The position numbers were made by a program, and so were the translations under genes. Positions 53,494-64,000 of a DNA stretch of 64,000 nt are shown in pieces. Origin of the DNA: Hemiscyllium ocellatum (taxonomy: Eukaryota); the NCBI RefSeq assembly GCF_020745735.1, contig NC_083433.1:6645363-6709362 (forward strand), in the 5' to 3' direction. Positions within the stretch are counted from its first letter, which is position 1; each line of letters opens with the position of its first letter. The notes beneath the pieces are model-generated. The model searched no databases. It had not been told where the DNA came from and saw nothing but the letters and a program-made list of their open reading frames with translations.

Positions 53494-56400
53494 GTGGGAT
53501 TCTGGAATCTCTGTTCTCTAATCCAATTCTGCTTCTCTTGTATTGAATATGGAAATAAAAGATTTATTTGATCTGTTTCCTGTAACTGTAAAGTCGAAAC
53601 TTAAATCTGAATGAATCCATTGGATATGAGGAGCGAACTATGGTGTAGCCACATGCTTTTAGACCAGATGGATAGGGCTGCCAACACGGCTTAATCTTCC
53701 AAAGATATTTAATGGAGGGGAATGTGTTGCCCACTCACATGAGTGAATAAGGGAGTTGTCCCTTTTCTGTGGCTGTCAGAAAGAGCCAGACCTACCCTTT
53801 CTTTTTAAAACAAATAAGTCAACTGCAGACTCTGGTGGGGTGACAGAGATGGCTGTGTGGTTTTTTTTTAACCCATACTTGCTGAACCCACAGCTCGCAC
53901 ATAGGACAATAGAGGTCTTTCCTCTTATGACAGCTTTTCAAAGAGGCTGCTAGCCTCGAGCCATGTTCTTGACAAAATGGCAGCTGTCAGATAATTGAAT
54001 CGCATGTCACCTTCTCAAACATCCAAGGGGACCTGATGGGAAAGCTTAAAGATTAGATTGCAGCCAGATTTTCCCAAAACCCCTCAGACTAGTGGAGCTA
54101 GCTCAGATGCTCTCATCTCTTATAGCATTATCAGGTAAAATCTCATGAAATATCAAACTGAAGTAAAAGGTACCAGTACTAAGTTTCTGTATTCATATAT
54201 TTCTCTCCTCATTCTGTGGAGGATTTCCTTGAGACTCCTCCAGGATGGATGGGTATGATCTCAAGACTGTCACAAAACATCAGTTTTATGGGTGGGGATT
54301 GATGCTGTATTTAAATAAGCAATTTCATTGTCTTTGAGCTGGCTGATATTGGATAAAGAGCAATTATAGTCAACATTGCTAGATGTCTTACATTTGTGGA
54401 GGAAATGCTTGTAATTAGCCATAGCACCCACATTCCACATATAACATCTTCCCTTACAATATACTGTTGGTTGCACATTCACGACACACAATCGGAAACA
54501 CAGTCAGTCCCTTTCGGTTAGGGATCAGTGTATGAATGCTGATGTTGGGGCTAGTTTGGGAATCCTGAAGAGTTTCTTTGGTTAACTGGAGTCTAACTCT
54601 GCTTGATGTTGGCAAGGTGCTGGTTCTGAAAGGGTTAAAGTTGGGCTGCAAATAGCCCAACCCAATGTGATGATTTCAGAAGGACTTGAGTCAGTCAAGC
54701 AGGAAATCTGAAGATCAGGAATGATCCGAAATGGGTAAGACTGAACAGAAGATTATTGGGAATTGGTTCAGATGTGGGAGATTGGGAGTAGGTTGTGTAC
54801 TCCGATGGGCAGGAAGGGGCTAGTTATCTCTTTCCCCCAGGAATCTCAGCCTTTCATTGTATTTCTAAACGACATCCGCAAAGAAATAGAGATACATATC
54901 CATGTTTCCTGATGAGGTGAGCTAGTAAACATCGTTGACAGGATTGTCATGATTCAGAAGAAGGCCATTCAGCCCATCACATTTGCACCAGCTCTCTGAG
55001 CATTTTACCTTTGTGTTTATCTCCTGCCCTTTCCCTGGAACCTGGAATGTTGTTCCAGTTTAAGTGCCCTGTTGAACCTGCCTCTCTCTGCCACACAGAA
55101 GCAGCGGCGACTAATAAAGCAAGTGGACAATATTGCTCAATAGAATTTAATCTGAGGAAGAGTACTTTAGACCAAGATGGAAAAATCAGAATGGTTTCGA
55201 AATGAAGGAGCTAGGAGAGGAACAAGCGCAGAGAGAGTTGGGGATCTGCGGGCAGAAATTAAAAACTTGCAGAATGAAGGAGATGATTTGAAATTGCTAA
55301 TTACATTTTTGTCTTCATCGCAAGGCAATGGAGCTGTGATGTAAACCATTGAATCCCTATATCATAGAAGCAGGCCATTCAGCCCATCAGGGCCACTTCA
55401 ATCTTCTGAAGAGCATCCCACTCGGACCAATCCCATCCTTATAACTCCATATTTCCCACGGCTAACCCACCTAGTCTGCACATCCTTTGATACTCTGCCT
55501 AACCTGCACAACTTTGGACTGTGGGAGGAAACCAGAGCACCTGAGGAGGCTGTCGCTGGGAAGACAATCCCTGCTCTCCATCACTGCCCTGGAACTAAAA
55601 GGTTTCTGACCATCTCAGAGGCAAGTCGAGAATGAACAACATTGCTGTGGGTCTGTGGTCACAGATAGGCCAGAGCAGATTTATTTCCCTAAAGGATATC
55701 ACTGAACCAGATGAATTTCTGTGAAAATCAAAGATAATGTTTTTGAAGTTCATTCATGGAATAAAGGTGTCAGTGGTTAAGTCAGCATCTATTGCCCATC
55801 CTGAACTGTCCAGAGGGCAACTAAGAGTTAACTATGTTGCTGTGGGTCTGGAGTTACATGTAAGACCAGACCAGGTCAGGATCACAGTTTCGCTCCAGTG
55901 AGTCAGATGGGTTTTTCCTGACAATAGCTTCATGGTCATCATTAAACTCTTAATTCCAGACTTTTATTGAATTCAAATTCCAACCAGGTCCCCAGAACAT
56001 TTGCTGGCTCTCTGGTATAATAGTCCAGCAATAACACCACTGGGCCATTGCCTCCCCACCATGATCACCATCACTGAGACTTGCTTTGTATTCCAGATTA
56101 ATTAATTGAAGTCAAATTCTACCCAGCTGCCATGGTGGGATTTGAACTCATGTCCTCATGGTGTTAATCTGAGCCGCTCAGTGACAATACCATCATCCCC
56201 CTACAGTGTAGATTCACTGGAATGATACCAGGGCTGAAAGGCTTAAATAGTGAGGATAATTTGCAAACAGTAGACTTGCATTCATTCGAGTATCAAAGAT
56301 TATATTCAAGGTTTGGAAAATGGCAAATGGGTTTGAGGAGACAGATGAAGAGAAATTATTGCACCGTGACCCAGGAGTCGAATGCTATAATTATCATGTG

Positions 56401-56690
56401 GCCATTCAGAGCAGTTGCTCAGAATCATCTCTTCATGAAAAGGAATCAGAAATCTGGACCGTCTTTCCCAAAAATATTGGGAGCAAATAATCTGTTCTGA
56501 TCTGAGATAGTTAGGTGCTTGTTGGTTAATGGTGTGAAGGGAATGCAGGATCAATGTGGACAGTGGCAGGAAGCAACAGACCAGCCATGATATCATTAAA
56601 TGGCAGCACAGGCTGACAGAGCCAAACATTCTCCTCCTGTTTCTCAGTGACAATCACTGAATGATCCAAATCTGCCTCCATTTCAAAGCT

Positions 56691-56903
56691 CTGATTGGCC
56701 CCAGTGATCCCTCCTCACCCTGTTCCTGTCATCAGTTCCTGGATTCATGGAGATTCCTGATTGACTCTGGGTATCTCACCCCACCCTATGCCCTTCATCG
56801 GTACCTGGATCCATGGGGATTCCTGATTGGCTGTCAGGGACTGTCAATCATCATTGGCGAATCATTCCCTAGTTGAATGCAAGCTGTCCCAGGATGATAA
56901 ATA
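56691..56903 (+). promoter_or_regulatory. Promoter of L with a tandemly duplicated 66-bp module
   Basis: CTGATTG at 56691, 56757 and 56823; GATAAATA 56896-56903. Confidence 0.68.
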
Positions 56904-56960
56904 CAAGAGCTAATGGGAGAGAGGCTCAGTTCTAGATGATAGTAAGTAGGAATAGTGAAG

Positions 56961-59579
<2,619 letters not shown>

Positions 59580-60384
59580 GTGGGATCCTGGAATCTAATC
59601 CAGTTCTGCTTCTCTTCTATTGTATATGGAAATAAAAAAAAATTATGAACTGGTCTGGTTAGTCTTCTCTATCTTATATAGACAAACTTACATCTGACTA
59701 CACTGACTTCCTAACTGGCCTGACCCAACCAAGCATTGATTATTTGTTGCCTATATCAACAATTTGGATATGGGAGCTAACCTTGGCAAAGCTGAATTCT
59801 TTGGACCAGATGGATAGGGTTTAATCTCCCAAAGATACTTAGGATGAGTGGGCAAACATTTTTCCTGAGTGACTAGGGGAGTTGTTCCTTTTTTGGGTGG
59901 CTTTTTGTTTTCATTTATATATTTTTGTTTAAAAAACAATTGACTGCCAACTCTGGTTGGGTGGTATAGATACAATATGGACTGTGTGATGACCAAATAA
60001 TACAGCTTGTCTATACACCTAAAACATGTGCTTAAGGTCACTGGCACCTTTTTGTGTCCATGTCATCAATCACCTGTTTTTTTTTTGACACGTCATGGTA
60101 ATTGTTCAGGACCTCCACCTCAGCTAGGTGCTCTACAATCTGTACTGTCCATTGCTTGGGTTTTTTTTTGTTTAACACAGTAAATAACTCTTAACAACTC
60201 GCTCCTCTTTACTGAATGTAATGGCTACCTTATGAAAGGTCCAGCTGTAAGAATCAAAGCTTTGAGTGAAAGGATACCAGCTCCTGAACTGACCTTTCAC
60301 TAGCATAGATGGCTGAGAATATGTTTTTTTTTTCACCCCTATTGGGTGAACTCACAGCTAGGACATTGAGTAAGAGGTCTCTCC

Positions 60385-60650
60385 CTCCCACCTGCTCGCC
60401 TCCCTCCCACCCGCTCGCCTGCCTCCCTCCCTCCCGCCTCTCTCTCTGCCGCCTCTCTGTTGGACTATAACCTGGTGTTGTGTGATTTTTAACTTTGTCT
60501 CAAGCCATGTTCTTAATAAAGTGCAGCCATCACAAAGTCTATATTCCTGAAGAAGGGCTCATGCCCGAAACATCGATTCTCCTGCTCCTTGGATGCTGCC
60601 TGACCTGTGCTTTTCCAGCAACACGTTTTCAGCTCAGATCTCCAGCATCT
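60385..60650 (+). mobile_element. Cluster of repeat-end insertions downstream of L
   Basis: C-rich CpG-containing stretch, then ctgttggactataacctggtgttgtgtgatttttaactttgt (to about 60497); then cctgaagaagggctcatgcccgaaacatcgattctcctgctccttggatgctgcc (60545-60650). Confidence 0.6.
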
Positions 60651-61703
60651 CAGAGGCGAGGCAAGTCAAGAATGAACAACATTGCTGTGGGTCTGGGGTC
60701 ACAGATTTCTTTCTCTAAAAATTATCACTGAACCAGATGGATTTCTGTGAAAAATCAACAATAGTTTGTTTTAACTTCATTCATGGGATAAGGGTATCAC
60801 TGGCTAAGTCAGCATTTATTGCCCATCCTGAACTCCCCAGAGGGCAATTGAGAGTTGACTATGTTGCTATGGGCCTGGAGTCACATGTAAGACCAAACCA
60901 GGTCTGGATCACAGTTACTGTCCAGTGAGTCAGATAGATTTTTCCTGAAAATGGCTTCATGGTCATCATTAAACTCTTAATTCCAGACTTTTATTGAATT
61001 CAAATTCCAACCAGGTCCCCAAAACATTTGCTGGCTCTCTGGTATAATACTCAGCAATAATACCACTGCCTCCCCACCACAATCACCATCACTGAGACTT
61101 GCTTTGTATTCCAAATTAATTAGTTGAATTCTACCCAGCTGCCATGGTGGGATTTGAGCTCATGTCCTCATGGAGTTAATCTGAGCCTCTCAGTGACAAT
61201 ACCATCATCCCCCTACAGTGTAGATTCACCGGAATGATACCAGGGCTGAAAGGCTTGAATAGTGAGGACACTTTGCAAACAGTGGACTTGAGTATCGAAG
61301 ATTAACGGGTGACTATACTCGAGGTTTGGAAAATAACGAATGGGTTTGAGGAGTCAGATGGAGAGAAATTATTGCACCGTGACCAAGGAGAAGGATGCTA
61401 TAATTATCATGTGACCATTCAGAGCAGTTGCTCGGAATCACCTCCTCATAAAAAGGAATCAGAAATCTGGACTCTCTTTCCCAGAAACATTGGGAGCAAA
61501 TAATCTGTTCAGATCTGAGATAGTTAGGTGCTTGTTGGTTAATGGTGTGAAGGGAATGCAGGACCAATGTGGACAGGGGCAGGAAGCAACAGACCAGCCA
61601 TGATATCATTAAATGGCAGCACAGGCTGACAGAGCCAAACATCCTCCTCCTGTTCCTCAGTGACAATCACTGAATGATCCAAATCTGCCTCCATTTCAAA
61701 GCT

Positions 61704-61915
61704 CTGATTAGCTCTAGGTATCTCACCTCACCCTATGTCCTTCATCAGTTCCTAGATTCATGGCAATTCCTGATTGTCTCTGGGTATCTCACCCCTCCCT
61801 ATGCCCTTCATTGGTTCCTGGATCCATAGGGTTTCCTGATTGGCTGTCAAGGATTGTCAGTGATCATTGGGAATCATTCCTTGGTTGAGTGCAGGCTGTC
61901 CCAGGAGGATAAATA
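61704..61915 (+). promoter_or_regulatory. Promoter of M with a tandemly duplicated 66-bp module
   Basis: CTGATT at 61704, 61770 and 61836; GATAAATA 61908-61915. Confidence 0.68.
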
Positions 61916-61982
61916 CAAGAGGTAATGGGAGTGTGGCTTAGTTCTAGAGTTGTGTAGGTGATAGTGAGCAGGAATAGTGAAG

Positions 61983-64000
61983 ATGGCCTCCCAAGTGTGT
62001 CAGAACTACCACAAGGACTGTGAGGATGCTGTTAACAAGCAGATCAACCTGGAGCTCTATTCCTCCTATGTTTACCTCTCAATGGTGAGGCTTTTGGGCT
62101 TGATAGTCCATTCCTTCTTTTCCCCCACCCCACCAACAGCAATGAGGGATGGGTGATAATTTTGAGACCTGTTAATAATGTTCCATGTTTCATAGCTGAT
62201 TCTTAAATTGTATATTGCATTGGTAGAATATTTTAAGCCACTGAGTTGTCTTTTGAATGTTTCCTCCTTGTGCCTACTTTATATCCACTGAAGTGATTAT
62301 TGCTAACTTTTATTGGTTGCCTTGTTAATTGACTGCTCTGTATTCAATAAATTTGGCTTTATTCTGAAGTGTTTCAGACTGGAACTAAATCTAAGACTTG
62401 TTGCATCCTCTTGGAGGTTGATCTCATGTGTAAACCTGTTCAAACTTTCAATTTTGGATAAAACTTAATTGTATGACTTTCTTATGAAATGTTAATTATT
62501 TGAGCCCTCTTCTGTCTCCTTTCTAAATGAGTATGAGGTTCTTCTATGAAGCAATAATGTGAAAATATTGTCAAAGAACTTCTCTCAATGTAGAAATGGG
62601 CCCTTTTGTGACCCAGTCCATGCTGAACATAATCCCAATCTGGACTAGGCCCACCTGCCTGCTCCTGGCCCATATTTCCCCCCTCCCCCCCCCCCCCCCC
62701 CCCCCCCCCCCCCTGACCTTTCCTATTCATGGATCCATCTAAATGTCTGCAATATGGTAACTGTAACTGCATTTACCACTTCCTGAGAAGGTTCATTCCA
62801 CATTTGTGCTACCCTCTGGGAGAACTTGCCTCATGATTTTTTTTTACAACTGTTCCTCTTCATGTGCCCCCTTGTCTTGAAATTCAACTGATACTAGATG
62901 GTAACTTGGGGGTTTTGCTGCAAAGATTTGATTACATCAGTGAGTACTAAAGTTTGGGCTTCCTGAAATGGAGGTTGGGATCTGAGGTGTCTGGTCAAAC
63001 TTATAAGACTAGCTCCTATTCCAATGTGCTTGGTTGTGATTATATACCCACCTGATTAGACCTTGATAAACGTAGGGATAAATGATCTGCTTTGGTCACA
63101 TGAATTCATGACGACAAGAGGCCATGTGGCCCCCTGCAAACAAGCTCATTTGTTTGCATTCTGCAATCTGTTAATTCTTGATGAATGTCTTTGTCTTTGC
63201 CTAACAATACCGATCTCTAATAGGTTGGAGGTTGAGTTGCAAGATCACCTCCAGCCCCTCTCTTCCACCCATCAAAACAGATGACCTTTATTCTTAAACT
63301 ATGCTCTCTAGTGCTGACCTCTACCCCACCCCAGGACATTCCTACCTTGTCCAGACCATTCAGCAGTTGTATGCAGGTTGTTTTACTATAATGTGTTTCC
63401 CTAATGTGATGGACAAAAAAGGACACTCATTCTAAAGCAGACCTCTTAAAAATGTGGCTGTGGCACAACAACTCTGCCAATACTTTAAGCACGGTTTCTA
63501 AAGTGACTTTTATCAGCATTGCACAAGAATGCAGCCATCACATTAACAAGAACTGCCGATACTCATTCTTGTCTAAGCTGAAAGCCAGCCACACAGGGTC
63601 TTGGTGAGGTTCTCAATGGGTGAGATGTGGAACTTCCCTGACTCTGCCACTTTCTCCTGGTTTCTTTTTTCTCCCTCCGCAGTCCTCTTACTTTGACCGG
63701 GATGATGTTGCCCTGCGTCACTTTGCTGAGTTCTTCAAGGAACAGTCCCATGAGGAACGGGAACACGCTGAGAAACTGATGGAATTCCAGAATAAGCGTG
63801 GAGGCAGGGTCCTCCTGCAGGATGTCAAGGTTGGTCTATCCTGCATTACAATTAACAGTACTAAATATTTGAAGCATTCATTCCCAAGGGATAATATTAT
63901 ATGGTTAACTTTACCTTTTTATTCCATTGTGTTTTGGCTCACATTTCATTGAGTGAAATATCTGCCTCTTCCTTTCCTCTTCCAGAAGCCAGAGCAGGAT
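61983..64000 (+). CDS. Ferritin unit M, exons 1-2 and start of exon 3 (runs off the window)
   Basis: Exons 61983-62084, 63683-63829, 63986->64000; consensus protein sequence, open so far. Confidence 0.9.
62678..62713. repeat. Poly-C tract in M intron 1
   Basis: About 35 C with one T; paralogous sites in J, K and L have only short C runs. Confidence 0.85.

Overview
Vertebrate genomic DNA, most likely from a shark or ray (HE1-type tRNA-derived SINEs, abundant CR1 LINE debris). Almost the whole window is a head-to-tail + strand array of 13 ferritin gene units, labelled A-M here. They share the canonical 4-exon structure with phase-0 introns (coding exons of 102/147/126/147-156 nt; 173-176 aa). 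Seven units are complete and open (D,F,G,H,I,K,L), two are open but cut by the window edges (A,M), two are full-length pseudogenes (E frameshift, J nonsense) and two are fragments (B,C). The protein resembles amphibian/fish middle (M)-type ferritin, with a full ferroxidase centre and an L-chain-like C-terminus. Most notable: (1) none of the ten visible 5' ends shows an iron-responsive element; instead a compact Y-box/CCAAT + Pbx-Prep-like + TATA promoter lies about 60-75 nt from the ATG; (2) a 15-bp promoter core occurs in two orientations; (3) exons are near-identical even at silent sites while many introns are unalignable or mosaic, suggesting exon-focused gene conversion. All comparisons were made by eye and from remembered family sequences, without alignments or database searches; repeat boundaries are approximate.
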